From Malacoraja senta (lineage: Eukaryota): DNA of 64,000 bases. The stretch spans positions 5,828,001-5,892,000 of the forward strand of contig CM075989.1 in the NCBI GenBank assembly GCA_038087875.1, read 5' to 3'. Each line of letters begins with the position of its first letter. The first letter of the stretch is position 1. The notes beneath the pieces are model-generated. The model was not told where the DNA came from, did not search any database, and worked only from the letters and a program-made list of their open reading frames with translations. Shown in pieces: positions 50,270 to 63,220 of the stretch. Both the position numbers and the translations under genes were made by a program.

Positions 50270-50847
50270 GGGATGTAATGCTGAGGCTTTATAAGACACT
50301 GGGTTGACCGCATTTGGAGTATTGTGAGCAGTTTTGGGCCCCTATCTGAGGAAGGGTGTGCTGTCGTTGGAGAGGATCCAAAGGAAGTTTCAGAGAATTA
50401 CCCGAGAAATTAGTGGGTTAACATATGATGAGCCTTTGATGGCACTGGGCCTGTGCTCGCTGGAGTTTAGAAGGGTGAGGGGGCAGCTCATTGAAACTTA
50501 CCGAATAGTGAAAAGCCTGAATAGAGTGGATGTGGAGAGAATGTTTCCACTAGAGGCAGAGTCTAGGACCCGAGTCCATAGCCTCAGAATAAACGGAGAT
50601 GAGGAGGATTTTTTTTAGTCTGAAGCTGGTGAATCTAGGGAATTCATTGCCACCAAAGGCTGTGGAGGCCGTCAATGGATATTATTTACAGTGGAGATTG
50701 ACAGATTCTTTATTAATAAGGGTGTCAGGGAGAGAAAGCAGGAAAATGGGGTTGAGAGGGAAGGATAGATCAGCCATGAGTGAATGGCAGAGTAGATGTG
50801 ATGGGCTGAATGGCCTAATTCTGCTCCTATAACTTACAAACTTATGA
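50270..50847 (+). mobile_element. CR1 3' fragment (CTTATGAA-tail subfamily)
   Basis: Translates as PYLRKGVLSLERIQR..SLEFRRVRGQLIETYRIVK. Confidence 0.85.
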
Positions 50848-51704
50848 ACGTACGGACTTGTGACTCTCTGACTAAGAGCAGGCCAATTAGTCCCATGCCC
50901 CCGCAAAACACAAAGTGCTGGAGGAACTCAACAGGCCAGGCAACACCTGTGGAGGGAATGGAGAGACAATGTTTTTCGGGCGGGGACTCTTCAAGCTGAA
51001 CGGCTCAAGATTCCAACACTTGCAGATCTTCGAGTTGTCCCTTTCCTCTGCTCTGTCCCACTGACCCGCAGAGTGCTTTCCTCACAGTCCAATTCCCAAC
51101 GGCATGCTGCCCCATGTAACATGTAACATCCTCCAGGTCATTATAACTAAGTGTGCTGTTAAAACCACAAAAAAAAACTCCACTTTCTTCAAGTTATTTC
51201 TAATTATCAATATATCATTTCTTTGTTAAAGCTTTTTCTCACACCTCCTTTATGCTTTTGCTCCAAATTTTCAATGTATCTACTGGTCCATTTATACAGC
51301 AACTAAGAAAAGCATTAGCATCAGAGAGGCAGACAGCACACACACAGGCTCTTTTGTCCACTCATCCATGCTGTCCAAGATCTAAACCAGTCCCGTTTAG
51401 AGTCATCCAGCCATACAGCGTGGAATGAGGTCCTTCGGCCCGACATGAATATGCTGACCAACGTGCCCTGTTTAAGTCAGCCCCATTCATTTGCTCTTGC
51501 TTGGCCCATATCAGTTTTAGTTTATGGTCACGTGTACCGAGGTACAGTGAAAAGCTGTTGTCGCGTGCTATCCACTCAGCGGAAAGACAATACATGATTA
51601 CAATCGAGCCATTCGTTGTGTGTGGATACACGATGAGGGTATCACGTTATCAAACACTTGTCCTATCTAATAGCTTGGTGCATTAGGAGGTAAGAAGAAA
51701 GTAA

Positions 51705-51914
51705 AGGGCCTGTCCCACTTGGGCGTCATTTACGCGACATCATTTACGCGTCACGACACGTGCATCACGACACACGCATGTGATGCGCGCATGGTGCGTG
51801 GTGACGTAGGCAGTGACGCACGGTCGCGCGCAGCGCCCCAGGTTTTTGGGATGTACAAAATCTTTGCACGCCATCTGCGTGACGCGCAAATGAAGCCCAA
51901 GTGGGACAGGCCCT
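51705..51914. mobile_element. PIF/Harbinger-type MITE, family A
   Basis: Perfect TIRs AGGGCCTGTCCCACTTGGGC with TAA TSD. Confidence 0.92.
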
Positions 51915-52419
51915 TAAGTTTGAAGGAGATTCTTAAAGTAGGAAGGAGGGATTGGGGGATTTAGGGAGGGAATTCCAGAGATTAGAATTGCATGTAGCTG
52001 AAGATATAGTCATTAATGGTAGAGTAATTGAGTGTGAGGATGGCAGGACAATTTCTCTTTACCCATTGTTGTGAAGTGGTTTGCTAAATTTTCTTCGTCA
52101 AGTACTGGTGAAGCTCATTATTGATAATTAATGCAAATAAATGTAAATCTCCACATATTGAAAGAAAAGGCCAGTAGTGCAAGAATTCCAGGAATGGCAC
52201 TGAGATGTGTGACTGGTAAGTGGAATGAATGTTTAAGGTTTAGCAGTCTGGATAGTTTTGTTTGAGATTAGTTTAGAGATACAGCACGGAAACAGATCCT
52301 TCAGCCCACTGAGTCCATGCTGACTCTACAGCTCCATGAGTCTATAACTTTCTCTAAGGGTTATTATACTGTTATAATACAAGGAAATGGGCTGGCATCT
52401 TTTTCGAAGTTCTAGTATT

Positions 52420-52693
52420 TTAGTTTTAGAGTTACAGCGCGGAAACAGGCCCTTCGGCCCATCGAGACCGCGCCGGCCAACGATTCCCGTACATTAACAC
52501 CCCCCTACACACACTGGGGACAATTAGCCTATCAACCTGTACGTCTTTGGAGTGTGGGAGGAAAGCAAAGATCTCGGCGAAAACCCACGCAGGTCATGGG
52601 GAGAATGTACAAACTCCATACAGGCAAGCCCCCGTAGTCAGGATCGAACCCGGGACCCTGGTGCTGTGAGGCAGTAGCTCTACTGCTGCACCT
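52420..52693 (-). mobile_element. HE1-like V-SINE
   Basis: Head, V-domain and tail motifs present. Confidence 0.8.
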
Positions 52694-52917
52694 GTCTCTC
52701 AAAGCAAGGGAGGAAAATCTTTGCTTGAGTTAAAGCTTCATTCAGTTGACTCCTTAAGAATCTGGATACCTAATGCCCTTACCGCACTAAACCTAGAAGG
52801 AAATAGTGAAAGTGTGGATTCCATTTTGACAAGCAGACATCTGAGATTAGGTTAAGTTGATGGCTGTTTCTAAACGCCACTCTGATCATAGGCTGCCTGA
52901 TTCAAAACTAGGTGGCT

Positions 52918-52920
<3 letters not shown>

Positions 52921-52958
<38 letters not shown>
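52921..52958 (+). repeat. (AT)n microsatellite
   Basis: Read directly from the sequence. Confidence 0.95.
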
Positions 52959-52961
<3 letters not shown>

Positions 52962-53230
52962 CTTTGCAAAATGGCCTGTCAAGGCAGGTGAAGTGCCACT
53001 TAAAGTGCCTTAGAGTGGGAAAATAAAAAATACAAATCTCCTGAGGCCAAGATCAGACTTGATATTTGCAGAATGCAGAAACGTGGAACTGCAGATGCAG
53101 ATTCACTAAGATACAGTGAAAAGCTAACAATGGTCTATTCTACATTTTCCTTGACCTTTATCCCCTTTAATGTCTCATATTCACACCATACCCTTCCATA
53201 TCTCTGTGTCTCCCTCTCCCCTGATGCTCA

Positions 53231-53264
53231 GTCTGAAGAAGGGTCTTGACCCGAAACGTCACCC
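53231..53264 (+). ncRNA. Minimal hammerhead-like motif in a Penelope pseudo-LTR
   Basis: GT-CTGAAGA-A-GGGTC-TT-GACCC-GAAA-CGTC-AC. Confidence 0.6.
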
Positions 53265-53564
53265 ATTCCTTCTATCCAGAGGAGCCACCGCCAGTCCCGC
53301 TGAGTTACTCCAGCATCTTGTGTCTATCTTCGGTGTAAACCAGCATCTGCAGTTCCTTCCTCCTACATGAAAAGCTTTTTTTTTAGCTCTCGAGTCAAAT
53401 CATACCATGCGTGTAATCGTAGAGTTAAAAAAGTGAAACGATTGTGGTGGATAACAATGGATCCTCTTCTGGGTCTCGCAAGCAAAGAGTCACCACATCC
53501 CAGTGCCACTTGCAAAGTTAAAGACTCAAGTCTCTGTAAATATTTTTTTTTTAAACAAATTGCT

Positions 53565-54168
53565 GGGTCCTTCTGCAGTTGTACAGAGCCCTAGTGAGAC
53601 CACGCCTGGAGTATTGTGTGCAGTTTTGGTCTCCAAATTTGAGGAAGGAGGTTCTTGCTATTGAGGGAGTGCAGCGTAGGTTCACGCGGTTAATCCCCGG
53701 GATGGCGGGACTGTCATATGTTGATAGAATGGAGCGGCTGGGCTTGTATACTCTGCAGTTTAGAAGGATGAGAGGGGATCTTATTGAAACATATAAGATT
53801 ATTAAGATTTTGGACACGCTAGAGGCAGGAAACATGCTCCCGATGTTGGAGGACTCCAGAACCAGGGGCCACAGTTTAAGAATAAGGGGTAAGCCATTTA
53901 GAACGGGGATGAGGAAAACCTTTTTCACACAGAGAGTTGTGAATCTGTGGAATTCTCTGCCTCAGAAGGCAGTGGAGGCCAATTCTCTGGATGCTTTCAA
54001 GTGAGACTTAGATAGAGATCTTAAAGATAGTGGAGTCAAGGGACAGGGGGAGAAGACAGGCTGATTGTGGATGATCAGCCATGATCACAGTGAATGGCAG
54101 TGCTGGCTCGAAGGGCTGAAGGGCCGAATGGCCTATTCCTGCACCTATTGTCTATTGTCTATTGTCTA
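53565..54168 (+). mobile_element. CR1 3' fragment
   Basis: Translates as LYRALVRPRLEYCVQFWSPNLRKE..FFTQRVVNLWNSLP, with a (TATTGTC)n tail. Confidence 0.92.
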
Positions 54169-54860
54169 TATTGCAACTCAGCAGGCCAGGCAGCACATGG
54201 ATAGGTGATGTTTCGGGTCGGGACCCTTCTTCAGTTCCAAACTCTTCAATCCTTTTGTCTCACACCTTCTGCTGTTTCACCTCTGGCCTTTGCTCCTCCT
54301 CTCTTCCAGCTTTCTTCCCAAACCACCCCCACCCCCTTACAATCAGTATAATGTAGAAACGCCACCTATCCATGTTTTCCAGGGATGCTGCCTGACCTGC
54401 GGAATTACTCCAGCACTTTATATCCCTTTTAAAAAATATTTTCAGGGACTTGAGACTTCAACACTTTAGCAAGTGGTGCTGTCATGTGGTGACTCTTTGG
54501 CCGACAGTCCCAGAAGAGGATCTACTGTTATCCACCACAATTGTTTCACTTTTTTACTTGTGTGTGTGATGATACTCATGGTATGGTTTGACTGGAGAGC
54601 GAGCTAAACAAGGCTTCTCACTGTAGCTCAGAACCTGTGATAATAATAAACCAAACCAAACATTTGGTTCCCAGTTGGGATACGTAAGGTGTGAGGTTCT
54701 GAGTGGTGGAGCCCATTTTGTTCCCAGTGGATTTTCAATGACACAGACTCCTCAACAAGGAGCAGGTCATCATTCCAAAGTCTCAACAACATTTCTCCTC
54801 AACCAACAGAAACAGACTGGGTTTTTTTCCCCCTAAGATAGACACAAAGTGCAGGAGTAA

Positions 54861-55222
54861 AGGGCCTGTCCTACTTTCCCGAGATATTCACAAGTTCCCC
54901 CGAGTTTTCCCCTTGATTCAAACTCGCAGAATGTTCGTAATGGGTCCGTAGGACGCCGTGGATATATCGTAGCGGCTCGTTATGCCAGCCGTAGGTACTT
55001 GGGGCATCCTCCCGACTATTTTTTTACTCGTGGACATTTTTGATCAGGCTGGAAAAAACATCCCGACTTACCTGATGCCCCAAGTACCTACGGCTGGCAT
55101 AACGAGCCGCTACGATAGATCCACGCACTCCTACGCCTCCTACGGACTCGTTACGAACATTCTGCGAGTTTGAATCAAGGGGAAAGAATTTGTGAATAAC
55201 TCGGGTAAGTGGGACAAGCCCT
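54861..55222. mobile_element. PIF/Harbinger-type MITE inserted into a Penelope LTR
   Basis: AGGGCCTGTCCTACTT.. and ..AAGTGGGACAAGCCCT with TAA TSD. It splits GCAGGAG-TAA|..|TAA-CACAGCAGG. Confidence 0.88.
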
Positions 55223-55604
55223 TAACACAGCAGGTCAGGCAGCATCTCTGGAGAAATAGGATTGGTGACGTTTCGAGTTGAGACCAATCTTCAGACTCTG
55301 AAGAAGGGTTCTAACACAAAACATTCCCAAGGGTCTAATGAAGGATCCCAAACCGAAACATCACCTCTCCTTTTTCTCCAGAGATGCTGCCTGACCCACT
55401 GAGTTACTCCAGCACTTTGTGTCTATCTTTCGTGTAAGCCAGCAGCATCCATGGGTCTTGGTTTCGACTCCCTGTTTTCCCTTCATTACTGCCCATTAAG
55501 ACCTGCTGGACAAGAGGAGATGTGTAGAGAGGAACTGCAGATGCTGGTTTACACCAAGAAAGACACAAAATGCTGGTGTCGGGCAGCATCTCTGGAGCAA
55601 AGTT

Positions 55605-55913
55605 TTTAGTTTTAGTTTGAGAGATTCAGCGCGATACAGGCCCTTCGGCCCACCGAATCCGCGTCGGCCAGCGATCCCCGCACTCTAAAACTATCCTACA
55701 CACGAGGAACAATTTACAAATTTCCCAAAGCCAATTAATCCACACACCCGCACGCCTTTGGAGTGTGGGAGGAAACCGGTGCACCCGGGGAAAACCCACA
55801 CAGGTCACGGGCAGAACGTACAAACTCTGTACAGACAGCACCCGTAGTCAGGATCGAACCCGGATCACTGCCGCTGTAAGGCAGCAACTCTACCCCAGTG
55901 CCACTGTGCCCGC
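55605..55913 (-). mobile_element. HE1-like V-SINE
   Basis: Head, V-domain and tail motifs present. Confidence 0.85.
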
Positions 55914-56375
55914 CCTTTATATCACCTATTCCTTTTCTCCAGAGATGCTGCCGGGCAAGAGGAGATGTCAGGTCCGCCTTTATGCAACCAATCTCTCACA
56001 CACCAAACAGCGATTTTGCTACTGTTAAGTTCTGTGAAACATTCCAGTGGTGCGATAAGGATTTGTAAAATTGCCCATCATGACTCATCCATCACGTGGA
56101 TTGCAGCAGTTCACTTTGATCTTCTCTAGGGCAACTACACATGGGTAACAGCTGCTGGCCTTTTCTCTGGCATCTGTATCCTGTGAATAAACATATCTTG
56201 TGGAAGTACACGTTCCCATATGCACATATTCCAGATTCCATGTGTGGAATCCATATGGTAAAAATACGTGAGCCCCACTTAGAAGCGTTGGATGAAATGA
56301 TCAGTAACAATGAAATAAGGACACAGAACATGGTGAAAACGTGCAACAAGAACAAGGAAGAGAAACATAGTATAA

Positions 56376-56711
56376 AGGTCCTGTCCCAATGTACGAGGTA
56401 ATTCAAGACTTCTCCTGAGTTCTCCCCTGATTCGAGCTTGTGTAATGTACGTAGCGGGTACGTAGGAGTTCGTGGATGTCTCATAGCGGCTCATACGAGT
56501 AATGGTAGGTACTCGGGAAATCTGGTAAACTCGTGATGTTTTTCCAACACTGTGAAAAATGTCCACGAGTAAAAATATACTCGTGATGAAAAAAATGGAT
56601 ACTTTTTACTCGTACCAGCCCCTACGTGCCCGCTACGTACATTACACGAGCTCGAATCAGGGGAGAACTCGGGAGAACTTTTGAATTACCTCGTACAGTG
56701 GGACAGGCCTA
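56376..56711. mobile_element. PIF/Harbinger-type MITE, family C
   Basis: About 90-bp TIRs (AGGTCCTGTCCCAATGTACGAGGTAATTCAA..) with TAA TSD. Confidence 0.88.
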
Positions 56712-57124
56712 TAACTTTCCAGGTCCAAGTTTTAGTTTGTTTTCGAGATACAGCGTGGTAACTGGTCCTTCGGCCCACCGAGACTGTGCCAAGCAACGAC
56801 CACCCTACACTAGTTCTATGCTACACACCAGGGACAATTACAATTTAAACATGTATTGCCTTTCTGCTAACTGGATGGAACACAACAAAAGCTTTTCAAT
56901 GTATCTTGGTACACGTGACAATAAACTGACCTGAATAAACTACACTGAAGTAGGAAGCAACTCTACCGCTGCACCACTATGCTGCCCCAGTTTGCCTTTT
57001 GCTCCAGATTCCAGCATCAGCAGTTTCTTGTATCTCAATGGTGCCCTTTAGGTCAAATAGCCTCGTGATCTTCAAAGTCTAGGCTCACACAATCCAAAGG
57101 TTCACTTGGGTGGAACTGAGAATC

Positions 57125-57910
57125 ATAAGGAAGTAGAATTAGGCCATTCGGCCCATCAGGTCTACTCCGCCATTCAATCATGACTGACCTATCTCTCCCT
57201 CCTAACACCATTCTTCTGCCTTCTCCCCATAACCTCTGACACCCGTACTAATCAAGAATCTATCTATCTCTGCCTTAAAAATATCCACTGACCTGGCCTC
57301 CACAGCCTTCTGTGGCAGAATTCCAGAGATTCACCACCTTCGGACCAAAGTAATTCCTCCTCAACCCCTCCCTAAAAGAACGTCCTTTAATTCTGAGGCT
57401 GTGACCTCTAGTCCTAAACTCTCCCACCAGTGGAAACATCCTCTCCACATCCACTCTATCCAGGCCTTTCACTATTCTATATGTTTCAATGAGGTCCCCC
57501 CTCATTCTTCTAAACTCCAGCGAGTACAGGCCCAGTGCCGACAAATGCTCATCATATGTTAACCTACTCATTCCTGGGATCATTCTTGTAAACCTCCCCT
57601 GGACCCTCTCCAGAGCCAGCACATCCTTCCTCAGAGATGGTTCCTCACAGAGGATGCTGACAAACCTCATTAGAAGTACGGGTGGTGAATCTGTTGAATT
57701 CATTGCCACACACGGCTGTGGAGGCTATAAATGGATATTTTTAAGGCAGAGATTGACAGATTCTTGATTAGTACGGGTGTCAGGGATTATGGGGAGAAGG
57801 CAGGAGAACTGGGTTAGGAGGGAGAGATAGATCAGCCATGATTGATTGGCGGAGTAGACTTGATGGGTCGAATGACCTAACTCTGCTCCTAGAACATATG
57901 ATCCTTATGA
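57125..57910. mobile_element. Head-to-head CR1 3' fragments (- 57125-57637, + about 57672-57910)
   Basis: LRKDVLALERVQGRFTRMIPG on the minus strand, and the same subfamily's 3' end on the plus strand. Confidence 0.85.
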
Positions 57911-58336
57911 ACTAATGAAGCAAGGGACAATGGCCAATATCCTCCCTCTGAGTTCCCACCAAAACACACGTAGCATCATCCTCCTCACCATCACTTTTGG
58001 ACTTATGAATTGTTGGTGTTAAGAAACAGCAGCTTTCACTCCAGTGCACTGCGCTGCTGTGTCACACCACAATGATGCCAATTGAGCCCAGACCCAGAGT
58101 ACAAGTCAGCAGGTTGGCAGCAGACTAACACTGAAGAGGTTGTTCTGTCACCGTGATTACTGGCCTCTTGGGAACGTTGAGTCACCAGTAATCCCAGGTT
58201 GAAGCAGCTGAATGTATCTGGCAGTGGGCCATGGGAATAATGGTGATGAAACCATCGACATGTGCAATCCTTGCACTATGAGACAGGCAGCTACATCAGA
58301 GTTTCCACACAAGGATATTTGAACTTCAGGATCTTA

Positions 58337-59437
58337 TGGGCCGGTCCTACTTGGGCGACCTAATCCGCGAGTTCTGGCGAGTTTGCCCTCGACTCATACT
58401 CGCAGCATGGTCGACACGAGGTCGTAGGAGGTCTTCGTAAAGGCCCTGTCCCACGGGCAGGCGGTTCCAGGCGGTAAGCGCGGCGTACCCGGAAGCGGGG
58501 ACCGCGCGGCTGCCGCGAGGATGCCGCGCGGGGGTCAAGTGATCACCGTACGGCCGGTCCCACGAGCATGCGAATGCATGCGGCAAGCGAAACCTTACCG
58601 GAAGCGGTTGCCGCGCGGATGCCGGGTGCTCACTGCATGGCCTGTCCCACGAGCAGATCTCGCGTGGTATTAATGTGATCAGGTAAAAGGCGGGCTGACT
58701 GCAAATGGACGTCGCGCGGCGTCGGGTGATGATGTCAGCACGCAACGCAACGTGCTAGCCTACTCCGTCAAGACAGCTCGTGGCGTCCAGGCGGTGCTCG
58801 CGGTGTCGAGGCGGCAGCGGGGCGGCAGGCCGTTGCCGCACGAGATTTTTGGACAGTGTCAGTTTTTCTGAGCCCCGCGCGGTGTCGGGACCAACTACAT
58901 ACGGCTCCGGCGATCTGCGTGGGACCGACCCCTCGGGCCCCGCACGGTCCCCACTTCCTGCTATGCCTTGCTTACCGCCTGGAACCGCCTGCCCGTGGGA
59001 CAGGGCCTTAACTCTCCTTCATGCTCGAGAGTAGTCCCCGCGTACTCGAGGCCTCAGCTAGGTCGCGGCGTTTTTTTCAATATGTTAAAAAATGCCCGCG
59101 AGTAAAAAAAGGTCGTCATGGAAAAAATCGATACATTTTTTACTCGTAGGTTTAGTCGTAGTAGGTCGGCACGTTAGTCGTAAGTAATCGAGGGTAGTCG
59201 AAGGTAGTCAAAGGTAGTCGTAGATAGACTTCATCATAGTCGAAGGGAGGTCGAAGGAGATCGAAGGAGGTCGTCTTCACTCTCCACTATTCGGCGTCCA
59301 ATTTTCCCGAAGTTAGTCGTAGCTAGTCGAAGCTGGTCTTCAACATAGTCGAAGGAGGTCGAAGGAGGTCTTCAACATGACATTTTTTCAAACTCTCCTA
59401 AACTCGCCAATTAGGTTGCCCAAGTGGGACAGCCCCT
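58337..59437. mobile_element. PIF/Harbinger-type MITE, family D (host of a nested MITE)
   Basis: TGGGCCGGTCCTACTTGGGCGACCTAAT.. and ..ATTAGGTTGCCCAAGTGGGACAGCCCCT with TTA TSD; internal (TAGTCG/GGTCG) repeats. Confidence 0.85.
58441..59008. mobile_element. Nested PIF/Harbinger-type MITE, related to family B
   Basis: Perfect TIR AGGCCCTGTCCCACGGGCAGGCGGTTCCAGGCGGTAAGC with TAA TSD (58438-40, 59009-11). Confidence 0.92.
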
Positions 59438-59444
59438 TTACATT

Positions 59445-60032
59445 GTGCCCGTGATTTTTCACGCACCCCCACAGACTGTGCTCTTGGCAATCTCGGCCAC
59501 GGCTTCTTGCCGAGCCGTGGCTGTGGACCGGGAACCCGTCCGGAGGCCATAACGAGGCGCTGCCCTCTCGACGCCACCCGGAAGGTCCTGAAGGGTCGAC
59601 GGATGGCCGATCACGCCCGGAGATCGTTCGGCTCCGTGGGAAGATTGGACGGGAACGGAGGAGGCTGGACGGGAATGCCGGAGCCCCCGGCCGGAGCCTG
59701 CCTCAAACAGAGCCGAAGCACATGGACCGGACGTGGTCTACAGCGGCGGAGGACACCATGGCTACGCTTGGCCAGGCCCACCCTGCAACGTCGCCAGGAC
59801 AACGGGCCTTCAAGGTCAGGTCAAGATCCCTGCATTTACAACAACTGGGACTTGAAAATGGCCCCAAACTGGCGACTCTGTATACTGTCTCAGTGTACTA
59901 ATGCTGTATACGAGTACTGTATCTGAGATGTTTATCTAACATGTATCTAAGTATATATAGTGATACTTGTACTGAACTGTATACAAAAATGAATTTAATT
60001 GTACCTCGGTACATGTGACTAATAAAGTACCA
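59445..60032 (+). mobile_element. GC-rich non-autonomous retroposon-like repeat with Rex1-type tail
   Basis: CpG-rich body ending GAATTTAATTGTACCTCGGTACATGTGACTAATAAAG, similar to Rex1-type tails elsewhere in the window. Confidence 0.45.
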
Positions 60033-60627
60033 TAACAAAAGCATCAATTAGGCAGATGTAAACTTATGCTGTTTACAAATTAATCTCATTGTAAAATGTC
60101 CTAACATCTGATGCTTTGTTTTAAATGATTTTAAGTGGCATGCTAAACCAGAATTACTGCTTTGCAAACCCTGTGGCCCTAAAATACTAATGTTGTTGAT
60201 GCAGATTATAATTGCCTCTCCTGAACATTTCAAAACATTGTGATTTTAAAATATTGTTTTAACAAAATGTATTTAGATATTTCAGCTTCGGAGCAAATGT
60301 GAATAACTTCATAGTTAGCTGGCGTTGCAAACAGGGGAGGCTTCAGTTGTGCAGAGCATCAGTGAGACCACACCTGAAGCAATGTGTACAGTATCAGATT
60401 GCTGCTTTCATCGAGGATGTTAATGTATTGGAAGCAATTCAGGTCAATTTACCAGCATGCCACCTGTACTGAGCGGTGTGCATTATATGGTTGAGCAGAT
60501 TGGGCTTGGATTCCTAGAAGATTAAATAAGGAGGAATGATTTACTCAGAATATGTAAGATCCTGAGGTGTTTGACTGGGTGGATATAATGGGCAAAAAAC
60601 AAACTTCTGGAAGAACTCATTGGGTTA

Positions 60628-60949
60628 AAGCCCTGTCCCAAGGTACGAGTTCAATCCAAGTGCTCTCCCGAGTTAAAAAAAAAATCAAACTTGTGGTAAG
60701 CACGGAGAATGAACATAGCGGGTACGTCGGAGCTCGGGGACGTCTCTTAGCGCTAATGGCAGGTACTTGGGAAGACTCGCTAACGGCAGGTAAGCTCGGG
60801 AAGACTCGTGAAGATTTTTCAACATGTTGAAAAATGTCCACGAGAGCCCCGAGTACCGACGAGTGGCCATTACCGTAAATCTCCGAGCCCGAATCAAGGG
60901 CAAACTCGGGAGAGCTCTTGGAATGAACTCGTACAGTGGGACAGGGCTT
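60628..60949. mobile_element. PIF/Harbinger-type MITE, family C-related
   Basis: AAGCCCTGTCCCA.GGTACGAGTTCA.. and ..TGAACTCGTACAGTGGGACAGGGCTT; TSD not clean. Confidence 0.8.
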
Positions 60950-60956
60950 GCAGTCA

Positions 60957-61290
60957 TAGGGTTGCCAACGTTCTCACTCCCAAATAAGAGACAAAAGGTC
61001 AAAATAAGGGACAAATTCCCGACGGCAATTCGTTGACCGACTCGGACATGGCTGGGAGAATGATGAGTTGGCCCTGGTGCTGGACTGCACACAAAGCCCA
61101 GCCGGCGGGCCAGCTGAGGAGTTTTGGCCCGCGCGCAAAGTCCGGCATCCCATCCAACTCATGAACCGATGATCGGACATGAGAAGGAGGGGTGGTGGCG
61201 TCGGCGGTAAGCGATGGTCTGAAGGTCGGGCAGCTGGCCGGGCTGCCGGCCGACGGGGCCACAGGCGAGGCGCCCGCTGCTGCACTCCAT
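60957..61290 (+). mobile_element. Possible hAT (Blackjack-like) DNA transposon end, truncated
   Basis: Starts TAGGGTTGCCAAC followed by repeated AAATAAG(G/A)GACAAA subterminal motifs; no partner TIR seen. Confidence 0.4.
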
Positions 61291-61294
61291 TTAA

Positions 61295-61925
61295 AAAAAA
61301 ATTTAATTCAAAAAATGTATTCAATTATTTAAAAAATAATATTACACTACAATAAAACAAACCAGATCCCACCACCATAATACAATACAAATAAATATCC
61401 TTAATAAACTACTGTACAATTATCTTACACTGCTTGTCAAGGATGCATTCAACACCCTGCGGAGCCCAGCGGTCCCGGAACTCCCCCAGGGTGCCCGTGG
61501 ACAGGGCGTATTCCCTTTCTAACCCCACCCGGGCACGGACGTAACCCCGGAAAAGGGGCAGGCAGCCGGCTCGGGTACAGCCCTCCACCGCCTGGCGCCT
61601 TGACTTGGCCAGGCCCAGGAGCAACCCAACCAGGACATCTTCAGCCCTACCCTCTCCCCTACGCACAGGGTGTCCAAAGATGAGGATGGCGGGTGAAAAA
61701 TGCAGCCAGAAGGCAAGGAGCAGCCCTTTAGGTATTCAAACAGTGGCTGCAGCCTCACGCACTCCATGTACACGTGGTACACAGACTCTTCCAGCCCGCA
61801 AAAGTGGCAGGCGGCTGGCTAGTCGGTGTACCGTGAGAGAAACAGGTTGCAGGGAACTCCTTGGTGCAATACCCTCCACCCCTGCTGCACCCCATGGGCT
61901 GCACTGTCGGACGGGTGAGGCTGGG
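61295..61925 (-). mobile_element. Tx1/L1-clade LINE ORF2 C-terminal remnant
   Basis: Translates as HVYMECVRLQPLFEYLK and LLLGLAK..LFRGYVRARVGLEREYA..FRDRWAP, typical of Tx1-like C-termini after the zinc knuckle. Confidence 0.7.
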
Positions 61926-62449
61926 CCTTCACCTTCACCACAGCTAACAATGGCCTGTTTTCCCTTATCATCATTACTTTTTGCATATCTTTCTTTTATT
62001 TGTTCTATATATCTCTACATCACCATCTATATCTCTCATTTCCCTTTCCCCTGCAGCCTTGAGTCTCAAACTGAAACGTCACCTATTCCTTTTCTCCAGA
62101 TGTGCTCTCTGACCCGCTGACTTACTCCAGATTTTTGTGTCTATCCTTTTGCCTCCATGGATGCTGCCTGACTGCCGCGTTCTTCCAGCAATTTGCTTAT
62201 TTTTTTCACCCGATTTCACCATCTGCAGTCCATCTTGTCTCTGGATGGAGAGAGGATGTTTCCTCTTGCAGGAGAATCTAGAACCAGGAATCACAGTTTA
62301 AAAGTAAGAAGCTTTCCATTGAAACAAGGATTAGACAAAACTTTAATTCATGGTGCATGTGCATCTTTGGAGCAATCCTACTTAAAGGACTGAGTCTCTG
62401 AGTATTTTTAAGGCAAGGGTGATACCTTTCACCTGTGACAGAGCAGTGA

Positions 62450-63220
62450 CAGAGTTGCTGCCTTCCAACGCCAGAGCCCCGGGTCCCGGGTTCGATCCTG
62501 ACTACGGGTGCAGTCTGTACGGAGTTTGCACGTTCTTCCCGTGACCTGCGTGGGTTTACTCTGAGATCTTTGGTTTTCTCCCTCACTCCAAAGACTTACA
62601 GGTTTGTGTGTCAATTGGCTTGGTATAAATATAAATTGTCCCTTGTGTCCCTAGGTTCACCAGGTTAATTCCCGGGATGGCGGGACTGTCATATGTTGAT
62701 AGAATAGTGCGGCTGGGCTTGTACACTCTGGAATTTAGAAGGATGAGAGGGAATCTTATTGAAACATATAAGATTATTAAGGGATTGGACAAGCTAGAGG
62801 CAGCAAACATGTTCCCGATATTGAGGGAGTCCAGAACCAGGGGCCACAGTTAAAGAATGAGGGGTAGACCATTTAGAACGGAGATGAGGAAAACTTTTTT
62901 ACCCAGAGAGTTGTGAATCTGTGGAATTCTCTGCCTCAGAAGGCAAGGGAGGCCAATTCTCTGGGTGCTTTCAAGAGAGAGTTAGATAGAGCTCTTAAAG
63001 ATAGCGGAGTCAGGGGATATGGGGAGAAGGCAGGAACGGGATACTGAATGTGGATGATCAGCCATGATCACAGATCGAAGGGCCAAAATGGCCTACTCCT
63101 GCACCAATTGTCTATTGTCTATTGTGTGTGGATAGCGTTAATGTGCTGGGATCGCTGGTCGGTGCGGACACGGTGGGCCGAAGGGCCTGTTCCACGCTGT
63201 ATCTCTAAACTAAACTAAAC
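62450..63220 (+). mobile_element. HE1-like V-SINE split by a CR1 3' fragment (62652-63123)
   Basis: SINE body ends TTGTCCCTTGTGTCCC and resumes GTGTGGATAGCGTTAATGTGC. The CR1 between them has a (TATTGTC)n tail. Confidence 0.85.

Noticed and set aside
56092..56330. Possible minus-strand exon after TTTATTCACAG
   Set aside because: All frames close within about 32 codons and none resembles a known protein.
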